64,000 nucleotides of DNA from Escherichia coli (GCF_002854065.1 NZ_CP024147.1), one strand, 5' to 3'; numbered from the stretch's first letter, positions 13,724-27,040 are shown. The notes: a model not told the origin generated them from the letters alone. Program-made: numbers and translations.

Positions 13724-15868
13724 GTGTCCCGTATTATTATGCTGATCCCTACCGGAACCAGCGTCGGTCTGACCAGCGTCAGCCTTGGCGTGATCCGTGC
13801 AATGGAACGCAAAGGCGTTCGTCTGAGCGTTTTCAAACCTATCGCTCAGCCGCGTACCGGTGGCGATGCGCCCGATCAGACTACGACTATCGTACGTGCG
13901 AACTCTTCCACTACGACGGCCGCTGAACCGCTGAAAATGAGCTACGTTGAAGGTCTGCTTTCCAGCAATCAGAAAGATGTGCTGATGGAAGAGATCGTCG
14001 CAAACTACCACGCTAACACCAAAGACGCTGAAGTCGTTCTGGTTGAAGGTCTGGTCCCGACACGTAAGCACCAGTTTGCCCAGTCTCTGAACTACGAAAT
14101 CGCTAAAACGCTGAATGCGGAAATCGTCTTCGTTATGTCTCAGGGCACTGACACCCCGGAACAGCTGAAAGAGCGTATCGAACTGACCCGCAACAGCTTC
14201 GGCGGTGCCAAAAACACCAACATCACCGGCGTTATCGTTAACAAACTGAACGCACCGGTTGATGAACAGGGTCGTACTCGCCCGGATCTGTCCGAGATTT
14301 TCGACGACTCTTCCAAAGCTAAAGTAAACAATGTTGATCCGGCGAAGCTGCAAGAATCCAGCCCGCTGCCGGTTCTCGGCGCTGTGCCGTGGAGCTTTGA
14401 CCTGATCGCGACTCGTGCGATCGATATGGCTCGCCACCTGAATGCGACCATCATCAACGAAGGCGACATCAATACTCGCCGCGTTAAATCCGTCACTTTC
14501 TGCGCACGCAGCATTCCGCACATGCTGGAGCACTTCCGTGCCGGTTCTCTGCTGGTGACTTCCGCAGACCGTCCTGACGTGCTGGTTGCCGCTTGCCTGG
14601 CTGCCATGAACGGCGTAGAAATCGGTGCCCTGCTGCTGACTGGCGGCTACGAAATGGACGCGCGCATTTCTAAACTGTGCGAACGTGCTTTCGCTACCGG
14701 CCTGCCGGTATTTATGGTGAACACCAACACCTGGCAGACTTCTCTGAGCCTGCAGAGCTTCAACCTGGAAGTTCCAGTTGACGATCACGAGCGTATCGAG
14801 AAAGTTCAGGAATACGTTGCTAACTACATCAACGCTGACTGGATCGATTCTCTGACTGCCACTTCTGAGCGCAGCCGTCGTCTGTCTCCGCCAGCGTTCC
14901 GTTATCAGCTGACTGAACTTGCGCGCAAAGCGGGCAAACGTATCGTACTGCCGGAAGGTGACGAACCGCGTACCGTTAAAGCAGCCGCTATCTGTGCTGA
15001 ACGTGGTATCGCAACTTGCGTACTGCTGGGTAATCCGGCAGAGATCAACCGTGTTGCAGCGTCTCAGGGTGTAGAACTGGGTGCAGGCATTGAAATCGTT
15101 GATCCAGAAGTGGTTCGCGAAAGCTATGTTGGTCGTCTGGTCGAGCTGCGTAAGAACAAAGGCATGACCGAAACCGTTGCCCGCGAACAGCTGGAAGACA
15201 ACGTGGTGCTCGGTACGCTGATGCTGGAACAGGATGAAGTTGATGGTCTGGTTTCCGGTGCTGTTCACACTACCGCAAACACCATCCGTCCGCCGCTGCA
15301 GCTGATCAAAACTGCACCGGGCAGCTCCCTGGTATCTTCCGTGTTCTTCATGCTGCTGCCGGAACAGGTTTACGTTTACGGTGACTGTGCGATCAACCCG
15401 GATCCGACCGCAGAACAGCTGGCAGAAATCGCGATTCAGTCCGCTGATTCCGCTGCAGCCTTCGGTATCGAACCGCGCGTTGCTATGCTCTCCTACTCCA
15501 CCGGTACTTCTGGTGCAGGTAGCGACGTAGAAAAAGTTCGCGAAGCAACTCGTCTGGCGCAGGAAAAACGTCCTGACCTGATGATCGACGGTCCGCTGCA
15601 GTACGACGCTGCGGTAATGGCTGACGTTGCGAAATCCAAAGCTCCGAACTCTCCGGTTGCAGGTCGCGCTACCGTGTTCATCTTCCCGGATCTGAACACC
15701 GGTAACACCACCTACAAAGCGGTACAGCGTTCTGCCGACCTGATCTCCATCGGGCCGATGCTGCAGGGTATGCGCAAGCCGGTTAACGACCTGTCCCGTG
15801 GCGCACTGGTTGACGATATCGTCTACACCATCGCGCTGACTGCGATTCAGTCTGCACAGCAGCAGTAA
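13724..15868 (+). CDS. pta: phosphate acetyltransferase
   Basis: 714-aa product recognised as Pta; downstream of ackA. Confidence 0.95.
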   Translation: MSRIIMLIPTGTSVGLTSVSLGVIRAMERKGVRLSVFKPIAQPRTGGDAPDQTTTIVRANSSTTTAAEPLKMSYVEGLLSSNQKDVLMEEIVANYHANTKDAEVVLVEGLVPTRKHQFAQSLNYEIAKTLNAEIVFVMSQGTDTPEQLKERIELTRNSFGGAKNTNITGVIVNKLNAPVDEQGRTRPDLSEIFDDSSKAKVNNVDPAKLQESSPLPVLGAVPWSFDLIATRAIDMARHLNATIINEGDINTRRVKSVTFCARSIPHMLEHFRAGSLLVTSADRPDVLVAACLAAMNGVEIGALLLTGGYEMDARISKLCERAFATGLPVFMVNTNTWQTSLSLQSFNLEVPVDDHERIEKVQEYVANYINADWIDSLTATSERSRRLSPPAFRYQLTELARKAGKRIVLPEGDEPRTVKAAAICAERGIATCVLLGNPAEINRVAASQGVELGAGIEIVDPEVVRESYVGRLVELRKNKGMTETVAREQLEDNVVLGTLMLEQDEVDGLVSGAVHTTANTIRPPLQLIKTAPGSSLVSSVFFMLLPEQVYVYGDCAINPDPTAEQLAEIAIQSADSAAAFGIEPRVAMLSYSTGTSGAGSDVEKVREATRLAQEKRPDLMIDGPLQYDAAVMADVAKSKAPNSPVAGRATVFIFPDLNTGNTTYKAVQRSADLISIGPMLQGMRKPVNDLSRGALVDDIVYTIALTAIQSAQQQ

Positions 15869-15907
15869 TCTCGTCATCATCCGCAGCTTTGCGCTGCGGA
15901 TATCTGA

Positions 15908-15940
15908 ACCGGAAATAGTCACTATTTCCGGTTTTTTATT
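15908..15940 (+). terminator. rho-independent terminator after pta
   Basis: Hairpin accggaaatagtcactatttccggt followed by TTTTTTATT; a second GC hairpin (ccgcagctttgcgctgcgg) lies just upstream at about 15881-15899. Confidence 0.7.
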
Positions 15941-16057
15941 CTCTTAATTTGCATTAATCCTTTCTGATTATCTTGCTTAACTGCGCTGCATCAATGAATT
16001 GCGCCATTTCACTTTGCATACTTACCACTTTGTTTTGTGCAAGGGAATATTTGCGCT

Positions 16058-17578
16058 ATGTCCGCAATCACTGAATCCAAACCAACAAGAAGATGGGCAA
16101 TGCCCGATACGTTGGTGATTATCTTTTTTGTTGCTATTTTAACCAGCCTTGCCACCTGGGTAGTTCCGGTGGGGATGTTTGACAGTCAGGAAGTGCAGTA
16201 TCAGGTTGATGGTCAAACAAAAACACGCAAAGTCGTAGATCCACACTCATTTCGCATTCTGACTAACGAAGCAGGCGAACCTGAGTATCACCGCGTACAG
16301 CTGTTCACGACGGGCGATGAACGCCCGGGCCTGATGAACTTCCCATTTGAAGGGTTAACCTCAGGATCGAAATACGGGACAGCCGTTGGCATCATCATGT
16401 TTATGCTGGTGATTGGCGGCGCGTTTGGCATTGTGATGCGTACAGGAACCATTGATAACGGTATCCTGGCGCTTATTCGCCATACCCGCGGGAATGAAAT
16501 TCTCTTTATTCCTGCGCTGTTTATTCTGTTTTCACTTGGCGGCGCGGTATTTGGTATGGGGGAAGAGGCCGTCGCCTTTGCCATTATCATCGCACCGCTA
16601 ATGGTCCGGCTGGGCTATGACAGTATTACCACCGTCCTGGTGACCTATATTGCCACGCAAATCGGTTTTGCCAGTTCGTGGATGAACCCGTTTTGTGTGG
16701 TCGTTGCTCAGGGGATTGCCGGCGTTCCGGTGCTTTCTGGCTCCGGGTTGCGCATCGTGGTGTGGGTTATCGCCACTCTGATTGGCCTGATCTTTACCAT
16801 GGTGTACGCCTCACGAGTGAAAAAGAATCCTCTTCTGTCACGCGTGCATGAGTCCGACCGCTTCTTTCGTGAAAAGCAGGCAGATGTTGAACAACGTCCG
16901 TTTACCTTTGGTGACTGGCTGGTATTGATTGTCCTGACCGCCGTAATGGTCTGGGTGATTTGGGGCGTGATCGTTAATGCCTGGTTTATTCCAGAAATTG
17001 CCAGCCAGTTCTTCACCATGGGTCTGGTGATTGGCATCATCGGCGTTATTTTCCGCCTTAACGGCATGACGGTTAATACCATGGCTTCATCCTTTACCGA
17101 AGGGGCGCGAATGATGATCGCCCCTGCCCTGCTGGTGGGTTTCGCCAAAGGGATTTTGCTGCTGGTCGGTAATGGTGAAGCGGGTGATGCCAGCGTGTTA
17201 AATACCATCCTCAACAGCATTGCCAATACCATTAGCGGTCTGGACAACGCGGTCGCGGCCTGGTTTATGTTGCTCTTCCAGGCGGTATTTAATTTCTTCG
17301 TGACGTCCGGTTCTGGTCAGGCGGCGTTAACCATGCCGTTACTGGCGCCGCTTGGCGATCTGGTCGGTGTTAACCGTCAGGTTACCGTGCTGGCGTTCCA
17401 GTTTGGTGATGGCTTCAGTCACATCATTTACCCGACCTCAGCTTCGTTAATGGCGACGCTCGGTGTTTGCCGGGTGGACTTCCGTAACTGGCTGAAGGTG
17501 GGCGCGACCCTGCTTGGACTGCTGTTTATTATGTCCAGCGTCGTAGTGATCGGCGCTCAGTTGATGGGCTACCACTAA
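16058..17578 (+). CDS. yfcC: putative transporter YfcC (DcuC/anaerobic C4-dicarboxylate carrier-like)
   Basis: ORF-track ORF starts at 16037 (513 aa); the 506-aa form starting MSAITESKPT... is what I recall for YfcC. Confidence 0.85.
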   Translation: MSAITESKPTRRWAMPDTLVIIFFVAILTSLATWVVPVGMFDSQEVQYQVDGQTKTRKVVDPHSFRILTNEAGEPEYHRVQLFTTGDERPGLMNFPFEGLTSGSKYGTAVGIIMFMLVIGGAFGIVMRTGTIDNGILALIRHTRGNEILFIPALFILFSLGGAVFGMGEEAVAFAIIIAPLMVRLGYDSITTVLVTYIATQIGFASSWMNPFCVVVAQGIAGVPVLSGSGLRIVVWVIATLIGLIFTMVYASRVKKNPLLSRVHESDRFFREKQADVEQRPFTFGDWLVLIVLTAVMVWVIWGVIVNAWFIPEIASQFFTMGLVIGIIGVIFRLNGMTVNTMASSFTEGARMMIAPALLVGFAKGILLLVGNGEAGDASVLNTILNSIANTISGLDNAVAAWFMLLFQAVFNFFVTSGSGQAALTMPLLAPLGDLVGVNRQVTVLAFQFGDGFSHIIYPTSASLMATLGVCRVDFRNWLKVGATLLGLLFIMSSVVVIGAQLMGYH

Positions 17579-17585
17579 AAATGTT

Positions 17586-17612
17586 AAGAGCCGCAATTGC
17601 GGCTCTTTTTTC
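17586..17612. terminator. bidirectional rho-independent terminator between convergent yfcC and yfcD
   Basis: Hairpin aagagccgcaattgcggctctt flanked by A-run upstream and T-run downstream; overlaps yfcD stop. Confidence 0.7.
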
Positions 17613-18153
17613 ATTCTGCCGTTTCAGTCTCTACGGCTTCATTTTTGGCATTGCGCTTCATCCACAACGCTAGCGCTTTCAGCGAGTCTGGAGTGAACTC
17701 ATCGCAGCGTGCGGTGATTTCTTCCGGCGTCAGCCAGCAAACTTCACTGACTTCATCTTCCTGTAGGGCGAAGGGACCGTGAGAGACGCAGCTGAACAAT
17801 GCGCCCCAGACACGGCAATTTTTATCTTCGAAATAGAACTGCCCGTGCTCAGCAAAGGGGACACCGGCAATGCCCAACTCTTCTTCCGCTTCGCGACGCG
17901 CGGATTCCAGCAGTTGCTCATCGGCCTGGACCACACCGCCTGCGGTCGCATCTAACATGCCGGGTAAAAAGTCTTTTGTCTCGGTACGACGCTGGACCAG
18001 AATTTTGCCCATGCCATCATGCACGACGATGTAAGTTGCACGATGACGCAGACACTGTGCCCGCATTTGTTCCCGGCTGGCTTGTGCAATGACTTCGTTC
18101 TCTTCATTGACAATATCCACCCATTCAGTACTTGCCAAACGACGCTGTTCCAT
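17611..18153 (-). CDS. yfcD: Nudix hydrolase YfcD
   Basis: 180-aa product with Nudix box (REAEEELGI); recognised as YfcD. Confidence 0.9.
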
Positions 18154-18210
18154 TATCAGGAAACCTTCTTTATCTGGCGCTCTTACGGCGCATTTTGAGT
18201 TGTGGGTAAA

Positions 18211-18765
18211 TTACGGATTAATCGCGACCTGCGCAATGATACTTTGATCATTGAGTGCGATTACACTGAGTACGTCATTATCGAGCATGCCATAACTCGC
18301 CGGATTACCGCCTTTCGGAATACTCACCGAGCCGGGGTTGAAGTGGAAAATCTCCCCCCGCTGTTCTGCCACTGGCAGATGGGTATGGCCGTACACCAGC
18401 ACATCGTTCTGGTTTAAAGCAGGCAGATTTTCTGGGCCAAAAAGATGACCATGCGTCAAAAACAGACGTTGTTTTTCCAGTAATACCTGTTGCCACGGCG
18501 CGGTTATCGGGAAATGCAGCAGCATTTGATCCACTTCGCTGTCGCAGTTGCCGCGCACAGCGATAACCTTATGTGCCACTTCATTAAGCCGTTCAGCGAC
18601 TTTGGCTGGCGCGTAACCCTCCGGTAAAGCATTACGCGGGCCGTGATTCAACACGTCGCCAAGGATCACCAGCCACTGGGCACCGCTTTGGGCAAACAAC
18701 TCCAGAACACGTTCCGTCGCCGGTAACGACCCATGAATGTCCGATGCAAACATCAGTTTCATCAC
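18211..18765 (-). CDS. yfcE: Mn-dependent phosphodiesterase YfcE (calcineurin-like)
   Basis: 184-aa product with metallophosphoesterase motifs (SDIHG, GDVLNHG, GHTH); recognised as YfcE. Confidence 0.9.
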   Translation of the reverse strand: MMKLMFASDIHGSLPATERVLELFAQSGAQWLVILGDVLNHGPRNALPEGYAPAKVAERLNEVAHKVIAVRGNCDSEVDQMLLHFPITAPWQQVLLEKQRLFLTHGHLFGPENLPALNQNDVLVYGHTHLPVAEQRGEIFHFNPGSVSIPKGGNPASYGMLDNDVLSVIALNDQSIIAQVAINP

Positions 18766-18768
18766 TCA

Positions 18769-20245
<1,477 letters not shown>

Positions 20246-20301
20246 CAGAAACAGATTCTCGTGTATTATTTCATCCTAAGTAAAACAACGGAGAACCTGC
20301 A

Positions 20302-20664
20302 ATGGCACAACCTGCCGCTATTATTCGTATAAAGAACCTTCGTTTACGTACGTTTATCGGAATTAAGGAAGAAGAAATTAACAACCGTCAGGATATTGTT
20401 ATCAATGTGACGATCCACTACCCCGCCGATAAAGCGCGCACCAGCGAAGATATCAACGATGCGCTGAATTATCGCACCGTAACGAAAAACATTATTCAGC
20501 ATGTAGAGAATAACCGTTTCTCTTTGCTGGAAAAATTAACTCAGGATGTGCTCGATATCGCACGTGAACATCACTGGGTGACGTATGCTGAAGTGGAGAT
20601 CGATAAACTGCACGCGCTGCGCTACGCCGATTCGGTATCCATGACCTTAAGCTGGCAGCGTTAA
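20302..20664 (+). CDS. folX: dihydroneopterin triphosphate 2'-epimerase
   Basis: 120-aa product recognised as FolX. Confidence 0.9.
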
Positions 20665-20684
20665 CCGCCATATCGGGAGGCTGC

Positions 20685-21578
20685 ATGAACATAGTGATCA
20701 CCGGAGGGACGGGATTAATTGGTCGCCATTTGATTCCACGTTTGCTGGAGCTGGGCCATCAAATCACGGTAATGACGCGTAACCCGCAGAAAGCCAGTTC
20801 CGTTCTCGGCCCTCGGGTGACACTATGGCAAGGGCTTGCCGATCAAAGCAACCTCAACGGCGTTGATGCGGTAATCAACCTGGCCGGAGAACCGATTGCT
20901 GATAAACGCTGGACTCACGAGCAAAAAGAGCGTCTCTGCCAAAGCCGCTGGAATATCACGCAAAAACTGGTCGATTTGATTAATGCCAGCGACACGCCAC
21001 CGTCGGTACTCATTTCCGGCTCGGCAACGGGCTATTATGGCGACTTAGGTGAAGTGGTGGTTACCGAAGAGGAACCGCCGCATAACGAATTTACCCATAA
21101 ACTCTGCGCCCGCTGGGAAGAAATTGCCTGCCGGGCGCAAAGTGACAAAACGCGAGTGTGCCTGCTGCGTACCGGCGTAGTGCTGGCACCGGATGGCGGT
21201 ATTCTCGGTAAAATGCTGCCGCCGTTTCGTCTTGGCCTGGGCGGGCCGATTGGTTCCGGTCGGCAGTATCTGGCCTGGATTCATATCGATGATATGGTCA
21301 ACGGCATTCTCTGGCTGCTGGATAACGAGCTGCGCGGGCCATTTAATATGGTTTCGCCCTACCCGGTACGCAATGAACAATTTGCCCATGCGCTCGGTCA
21401 TGCGCTGCATCGCCCGGCCATTTTGCGCGTCCCCGCGACCGCCATTCGACTGTTAATGGGCGAATCTTCAGTACTGGTATTAGGTGGACAACGCGCGCTG
21501 CCTAAACGGCTGGAAGAAGCGGGTTTTGCGTTTCGCTGGTACGATTTAGAAGAGGCGCTGGCGGATGTCGTTCGCTGA
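20685..21578 (+). CDS. yfcH: epimerase-family protein YfcH (NAD-binding Rossmann, SDR-like)
   Basis: 297-aa product with N-terminal GGTGLIG motif; recognised as YfcH. Confidence 0.88.
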   Translation: MNIVITGGTGLIGRHLIPRLLELGHQITVMTRNPQKASSVLGPRVTLWQGLADQSNLNGVDAVINLAGEPIADKRWTHEQKERLCQSRWNITQKLVDLINASDTPPSVLISGSATGYYGDLGEVVVTEEEPPHNEFTHKLCARWEEIACRAQSDKTRVCLLRTGVVLAPDGGILGKMLPPFRLGLGGPIGSGRQYLAWIHIDDMVNGILWLLDNELRGPFNMVSPYPVRNEQFAHALGHALHRPAILRVPATAIRLLMGESSVLVLGGQRALPKRLEEAGFAFRWYDLEEALADVVR

Positions 21579-21625
21579 TGTGGTTTACAGCAAACATCCG
21601 CCAGTTAACTCCCGGTGTTACAGGA

Positions 21626-22516
21626 TTAGTGGCTTTGCGCGATAAGATCGTCTGGTGAAAGTCGGGTCACCATCATAACTAACTCTCTGTCTAAACCTCT
21701 ATCCAGCATCTCCTGAGCAATACGCAGGGCTTCTTCGTGTTTGCCCTGCATTGCGCCTTCTTCACGTAATCTGTCAGCAATGGTCATCAGTTTCTCCTTT
21801 TCTTGTGGTGCGCGTTCTGTTATCTCACCAATAAATGCACGGAAACGCTGGGCATCTCCCGTTTGTAATACATAATTAAACAGGGCTTTTAGCTGTCTGT
21901 CATTAGTGTTCCCTGTAACTAGCAGCGAAACAATTTGGTCGACTAATCCCAACAGATCGCGCTGACGAATATGTTTCTGAATTAACTCCAACAGCGCCAT
22001 TTTGCGATGTTGCATAATCTCGTCATCCGGCACCACGGTAATATCCACCAACGGAAAAGCCGATGAATATATTTTACGGGCAATCGCAGGCTCGGCAAAT
22101 TCATCAAGCCAGCAGAGTGAATAAGGATAAGGACTTCTGCAACCATGATAAAACAGCATCGGGATCACCAATGGAAGCTCTTTATAGCCCGCATCAAGCT
22201 GGTTTTGCATTGCCGCAATGGAATAACGCATCATGCGAAAAGCCATTAATTCTTCCGGCTTACTTTGGTGCTCTATCACTACATAAATATAACCCACTCC
22301 CTCCTGCGTTTTCACAGACCACAAGAGGTCGGAATAATATTGCCGCAGGTCTTCATCAATAAAACTGTTTGGTTCCAGTTTAAGCGTCGTTAAATCACAC
22401 AGTTTGCGCAGCGGCGCGGGAAGATGAATATCAATAAAATCCCGCGCGGTGTCTGGATGGCGTAAAAAAGATTTAAATACCGCATCATGCGGCGTGGAAG
22501 TTGTCGATATTGTCAT
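21626..22516 (-). CDS. rpnB: recombination-promoting nuclease RpnB (YhgA-like, PD-(D/E)XK family)
   Basis: 296-aa product recognised as YfcI/RpnB. Confidence 0.85.
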   Translation of the reverse strand: MTISTTSTPHDAVFKSFLRHPDTARDFIDIHLPAPLRKLCDLTTLKLEPNSFIDEDLRQYYSDLLWSVKTQEGVGYIYVVIEHQSKPEELMAFRMMRYSIAAMQNQLDAGYKELPLVIPMLFYHGCRSPYPYSLCWLDEFAEPAIARKIYSSAFPLVDITVVPDDEIMQHRKMALLELIQKHIRQRDLLGLVDQIVSLLVTGNTNDRQLKALFNYVLQTGDAQRFRAFIGEITERAPQEKEKLMTIADRLREEGAMQGKHEEALRIAQEMLDRGLDRELVMMVTRLSPDDLIAQSH

Positions 22517-22712
22517 GGCGTTCCGTCACCCCTCAAATTTAAGATGACGCGACAATAACCACGATTAACACCCAATGCAGCAGGCAGTTTTTATCTTTGG
22601 ACAGCGAATTCAGAAGTATTTTTAGCGGACTGCAAATTTTACATTTCAGCGGAAGCTGACTCGCAAATTCCCCTTGAAAATACTCCGGCAGCGTTAGCCA
22701 CCGGAGAGGCAA

Positions 22713-23486
22713 TTATTTCAGCGAACCTTTAAGGAACTGTTGCAGACGAGGGCTTTGCGGGTTGCCAAATAACTGCTCCGGCGCGCCTTCTTCCTCTATT
22801 TTCCCCTGATGGAGGAAAATGACGTGAGTAGAAACATGACGAGCAAAGCCCATTTCGTGAGTCACTACCACCATGGTTTTCCCCTCTTCTGCCAGTTGCT
22901 GCATAATGCGCAACACTTCGCCTACTAGTTCAGGATCGAGCGCCGAGGTAGGTTCATCAAACAGTAAAACTTCCGGTTCCATTGCCAGCGCCCGCGCTAT
23001 GGAAACACGCTGTTGCTGACCACCGGACAGGTGCACCGGGTATTTCCCCTGCGCACGTTCGTCTATCCCGACTTTTGCCAGATACTTCACCGCCCGCTCG
23101 CGCGCTTCCTGCTTGCTCAGGCCCAACACCTGAATCGGCGCTTCCATGACGTTTTCCAGCACCGTCATATGGCTCCAGAGATTGAAGTGCTGGAATACCA
23201 TCGTCAGGCGTGTGCGCAGTAAGCGCAGTTGATTTTTATCGGCGACTTTGAGTTGACCGTCTTTGTCGCGCACCAGATTGATCGTCTGGCCATTGACCAC
23301 GATCGACCCTTCACTCGGTTTTTCGAGGAAGTTAATGCAGCGCAGAAAGGTACTTTTCCCCGATCCCGACGATCCGATGATGCTTATTACATCTCCGGCA
23401 TTCGCTTGCAGTGAGACCCCTTTCAGCACTTCGTGTTCGCCGTAGCGTTTGTGCAAATCGATAACGTTTAATTTATTCTCGGACAT
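22713..23486 (-). CDS. hisP: histidine/lysine/arginine/ornithine ABC transporter ATP-binding protein
   Basis: 257-aa product with Walker A (GSSGSGKST) and ABC signature (LSGGQQQR); recognised as HisP. Confidence 0.95.
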   Translation of the reverse strand: MSENKLNVIDLHKRYGEHEVLKGVSLQANAGDVISIIGSSGSGKSTFLRCINFLEKPSEGSIVVNGQTINLVRDKDGQLKVADKNQLRLLRTRLTMVFQHFNLWSHMTVLENVMEAPIQVLGLSKQEARERAVKYLAKVGIDERAQGKYPVHLSGGQQQRVSIARALAMEPEVLLFDEPTSALDPELVGEVLRIMQQLAEEGKTMVVVTHEMGFARHVSTHVIFLHQGKIEEEGAPEQLFGNPQSPRLQQFLKGSLK

Positions 23487-23493
23487 CGTATTC

Positions 23494-24210
23494 TCAGTGC
23501 GTTGAAGACGGTTTCACATGCTGCAACCAGCGTTTTTCCGCTCTGCGAAAGAGGCTGATCAGGACATAAGAGATGATTAAATAGAGCACCGCGGCAATGC
23601 CGAAGGCGGTAAAAGGTTGATACGTGGCGGCGTTAATATCGCGGGCTATTTTCAGCAGATCCGGCACAGTGGCCGTAAACGCCAGCGCAGTAGAATGCAG
23701 CATCAGGATCACTTCGTTGCTGTATGCCGGTAACGCAATACGCAGCGCAGAAGGCAAAATAATGCAGCGATACATTTTAAAAGTCGAGAAGCCATAGGCT
23801 CTGGCGGCTTCAATTTCCCCATGCGGAACCGAACGGATTGCCCCAGCAAAAATCTCGGTAGTGTAAGCGCAGGTGTTAAGCGTCAGCGCCAGCACGGTAC
23901 AGTTCAGGCCACTGCGGAAAAAGGCGTTAAGAAACTCGGTCCCCTTAACAATCTCCAGCGTATACATACCGGAATAGAACACCAGCAACTGAACATACAG
24001 CGGCGTACCGCGAAAAATATAGGTAAATAACCAGATTGGAAACTGGATGTATTTATTACTGGAGACACGACCAATCGCCAGAAACAGCGCCAGAACTCCG
24101 CCTATCACTACCGACAAAATAAGCAGCCACAGAGTGATCGCCACGCCGGTAAAGCGATAACCGTCGGTCCACAGCAGCGGTTTCCAGTATTCATGTAAGA
24201 TTTCGATCAC
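23494..24210 (-). CDS. hisM: histidine ABC transporter permease HisM
   Basis: 238-aa membrane product recognised as HisM; overlaps hisQ by 4 bp. Confidence 0.93.
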   Translation of the reverse strand: MIEILHEYWKPLLWTDGYRFTGVAITLWLLILSVVIGGVLALFLAIGRVSSNKYIQFPIWLFTYIFRGTPLYVQLLVFYSGMYTLEIVKGTEFLNAFFRSGLNCTVLALTLNTCAYTTEIFAGAIRSVPHGEIEAARAYGFSTFKMYRCIILPSALRIALPAYSNEVILMLHSTALAFTATVPDLLKIARDINAATYQPFTAFGIAAVLYLIISYVLISLFRRAEKRWLQHVKPSSTH

Positions 24211-24893
24211 AGGTCAGCCCTCTTCACACCCACGGAGTAGCGGCGCTCAAGGAACAGCAGCACACCATTGGAAACGGTGGTGAAAACCAGGTAAATCACG
24301 CCACAAACGATAGCGAAATAGAACGGTTCCCAGGTACTTTTGCCTGCCAGCTGCGTGGCTTTGACCACATCTTCCAGGCCGAGTAACGAAACCAGTGCGG
24401 TAGATTTGAGGATCACCTGCCAGTTGTTTCCAATGCCTGGCAGGGCGTAACGCATCATCGCCGGAAACATGATCCGCCGAAACACTTGCCCACGAGTAAA
24501 ACCAAACGCCGTCGCCGCCTCTATATGTCCTTTCGGCACTGCCATAAAAGCACCACGGAACGTTTCGGTAAAATAAGCACCGTAGATAAAACCGAGAGTA
24601 ATAATACCAGCGACCATCGGATCGATATCAATCTGCCCGACGCCCATCGCCTCCGTCACCGTGTTTAGTGCAATCTGCAAACCGTAGAAAATCAGCAGCA
24701 TCAACACTAAGTCCGGCACGCCACGAATCAGCGTGGTGTACCCTTCGAAAATCAGCCCCGAAAGCCGATTTTGCGAGAGCTTACCGCCAGCGCCAATTAA
24801 ACCGATGATTACAGCGAGCACTACAGAGCTGATAGCCAGCTCCAACGTGACGAGCGCCCCCTGTAAAATAACACCTGAAAACCCATACAACAT
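24207..24893 (-). CDS. hisQ: histidine ABC transporter permease HisQ
   Basis: 228-aa membrane product recognised as HisQ. Confidence 0.93.
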   Translation of the reverse strand: MLYGFSGVILQGALVTLELAISSVVLAVIIGLIGAGGKLSQNRLSGLIFEGYTTLIRGVPDLVLMLLIFYGLQIALNTVTEAMGVGQIDIDPMVAGIITLGFIYGAYFTETFRGAFMAVPKGHIEAATAFGFTRGQVFRRIMFPAMMRYALPGIGNNWQVILKSTALVSLLGLEDVVKATQLAGKSTWEPFYFAIVCGVIYLVFTTVSNGVLLFLERRYSVGVKRADL

Positions 24894-24982
24894 GCTGCCT
24901 GTCCTGTCGTGTGTGGTGAATTACCGCCTCTTGTCTCCCTCCGGTTACCCGAAGGGAGCTGGCTTTCTTTCACCGATGGCGA

Positions 24983-25765
24983 TTAACCGCCATAAACATC
25001 AAAATCGAAGTACTTTTTCGCTAATTTCTCGTAAGTACCGTCAGCGCGCATTTCTGCAAAGGCTTTGTTCAGTGCCTCGCGCAGTTCGTTATCTTCTTTA
25101 CGCAGGCCCATGCCGGTCCCTACGCCAAACAGTTTTTCATCTTTAACAGACGGGCCACCGAATTTGTAATCTTTACCGACAGGTTGTTTGAGGAAACCTT
25201 CGCTGGCAGCGACCTCATCCTGGAACGCGGCATCAATACGTCCGGCAGTCAGGTCAGAATAAATGTTGTCCTGCCCCTGATACGAGACGATTTCAATGCC
25301 TTTTGGTGCCCAATGTTCATTACCGAACGTCTCCTGGGTGGTGCCCTGCAATACGCCTACCCGTTTGCCTTTCAGCGACTCGACTGTCGGCTGAATGTCA
25401 GAATTTTTCGCCACCACCAAACGAGAATCGGCAGCGTACAGTTTGTCGGTGAAGGCTATTTCTTGCTGACGTTTTTCCGTAATGGAAAGCGATGACATGA
25501 TGGCGTCAATCTTCTTCGCTTTTAAGGACGGGATTAACGCATCCAGCGGATTTTCGACAAACGTACATTGCGTATTGATGCGTTTGCATAATTCCTTTGC
25601 CAGATCGATATCGAAGCCAACCAGTTCGCCTTGTGAATTTTTTGATTCAAATGGCGCATAGGTCGGGTCGGTACCGATGCGGATGTTTTGCGGAATCGCA
25701 GCAAATGCCGCAGTTGCGCTGGAGAAGGCCAGAACCAGAGAGAGCGATAGCACCAGTTTTTTCAT
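24983..25765 (-). CDS. hisJ: histidine-binding periplasmic protein HisJ
   Basis: 260-aa product with signal peptide; recognised as HisJ. Confidence 0.93.
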   Translation of the reverse strand: MKKLVLSLSLVLAFSSATAAFAAIPQNIRIGTDPTYAPFESKNSQGELVGFDIDLAKELCKRINTQCTFVENPLDALIPSLKAKKIDAIMSSLSITEKRQQEIAFTDKLYAADSRLVVAKNSDIQPTVESLKGKRVGVLQGTTQETFGNEHWAPKGIEIVSYQGQDNIYSDLTAGRIDAAFQDEVAASEGFLKQPVGKDYKFGGPSVKDEKLFGVGTGMGLRKEDNELREALNKAFAEMRADGTYEKLAKKYFDFDVYGG

Positions 25766-25985
25766 AATGTCCTCAACTGACAGTCTTTTTATAGGGAATA
25801 TTTACAGGTTTGTTACACTTATCGTGCCATAAAATTGACCATCAAGGCAAAATATCCCGCCCCGTTAGACGTATTATTTTTCATTAAAAATGCTTAAGTA
25901 TGCATTTCAATGCACCACGATAGTGCAACAAACCTGGCGTGCACCATGATGATCATTCCATCAGGTACAGCTTCCCAGCGACGTA

Positions 25986-26768
25986 TCAGTCACCGTAGAC
26001 ATTAAAGTCAAAATACTTTTTCGCCATCTTGTCGTAGGTGCCGTCCTGACGCAGCTCGCCAAGCGCCTTATTGAAGGCAGCCGTCAGTTCAGCATCATCT
26101 TTACGTAGCCCTACACCGGTGCCATCACCGAAGTATTTTTTGTCTTTCACTGATGAGCCAGCAAAGGCGAAGTCTTTACCAGCAGGTTGCTTGAGGAATC
26201 CTTCGCTGGCGGCGACTTCATCCTGTAATGCCGCATCCAGACGTCCTGCAGCCAGATCGGAATAGACCAAATCCTGGTTGGCATAGGCCACCACATCCAC
26301 ACCTTTGCTACGCCAGGTCTCGTTAGCGTAAGCTTCCTGGGTTGATCCCTGCAGCACACCAACATGTTTACCTTTCAGTGAATCCAGCGTTGGCTGAATC
26401 GGCGAACCTTTGGCGGCAATCAAACGAGAATCTGCGGCGTACAACTTGTCGGAGAAAGCAATCTCCTGCTGACGTTTATCGGTAATGGAGAGCGACGAAA
26501 TAATGGCGTCGATTTTTTTCGCTTTCAGTGAGGGGATCAGCGCGTCAAAGTCACTGGCAACCCAGGTACATTTCACCTGCATCCGTTTGCACATCTCGTT
26601 ACCGAGATCGATATCAAAGCCAACAAAATCACCTTTAGCATCTTTCGACGAGAACGGCGCATAGGTGGTATCGGTTCCGATACGTACCGTCTCCGGTAGC
26701 GCCGCATAGCTGGAAGCCGCTGCGGAGAGACCGACTAACAAAGACAGAGCGAGAATCGACTTCTTCAT
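25986..26768 (-). CDS. argT: lysine/arginine/ornithine-binding periplasmic protein ArgT
   Basis: 260-aa paralogue of HisJ; recognised as ArgT. Confidence 0.93.
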   Translation of the reverse strand: MKKSILALSLLVGLSAAASSYAALPETVRIGTDTTYAPFSSKDAKGDFVGFDIDLGNEMCKRMQVKCTWVASDFDALIPSLKAKKIDAIISSLSITDKRQQEIAFSDKLYAADSRLIAAKGSPIQPTLDSLKGKHVGVLQGSTQEAYANETWRSKGVDVVAYANQDLVYSDLAAGRLDAALQDEVAASEGFLKQPAGKDFAFAGSSVKDKKYFGDGTGVGLRKDDAELTAAFNKALGELRQDGTYDKMAKKYFDFNVYGD

Positions 26769-26843
26769 ACATAACCCTCAAGTGAAAATGGCTTTTTTAT
26801 GTTGTGTATTGTGTTGTGTGTTGTGTGTTTGCAGGCTCTTTCA

Positions 26844-26859
26844 TGCAGGTCTTATGCCA
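26844..26859 (-). promoter_or_regulatory. candidate sigma-54 (-24/-12) promoter element for argT
   Basis: Gene-strand sequence TGGCATAAGACCTGCA has GG and GC at the correct -24/-12 spacing, about 75 bp upstream of argT ATG; argT is known to be nitrogen-regulated. Confidence 0.5.
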
Positions 26860-27040
26860 TCTTGACGACAACAGTAACATTCAACGTTAAATGTGTTAAT
26901 AAGACGTTGCATTATTGTCCTGAAGTTGAAGATAGCAGGTATAGCGGTTGAATCGCAGCGTTTCGATTGAATGGCAGAAACAAAATGTCGAGGATTTGAT
27001 CGCGGTTGCAAAATTGCCCTGAAACAGGGCAACAGCGGAG

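Noticed and set aside
13652-15922. 756-aa ORF antisense to pta
   Set aside because: It is fully contained on the opposite strand of the well-recognised pta gene; its low-complexity, Arg/Gln/Val-rich translation is typical of a spurious antisense frame kept open by codon bias.
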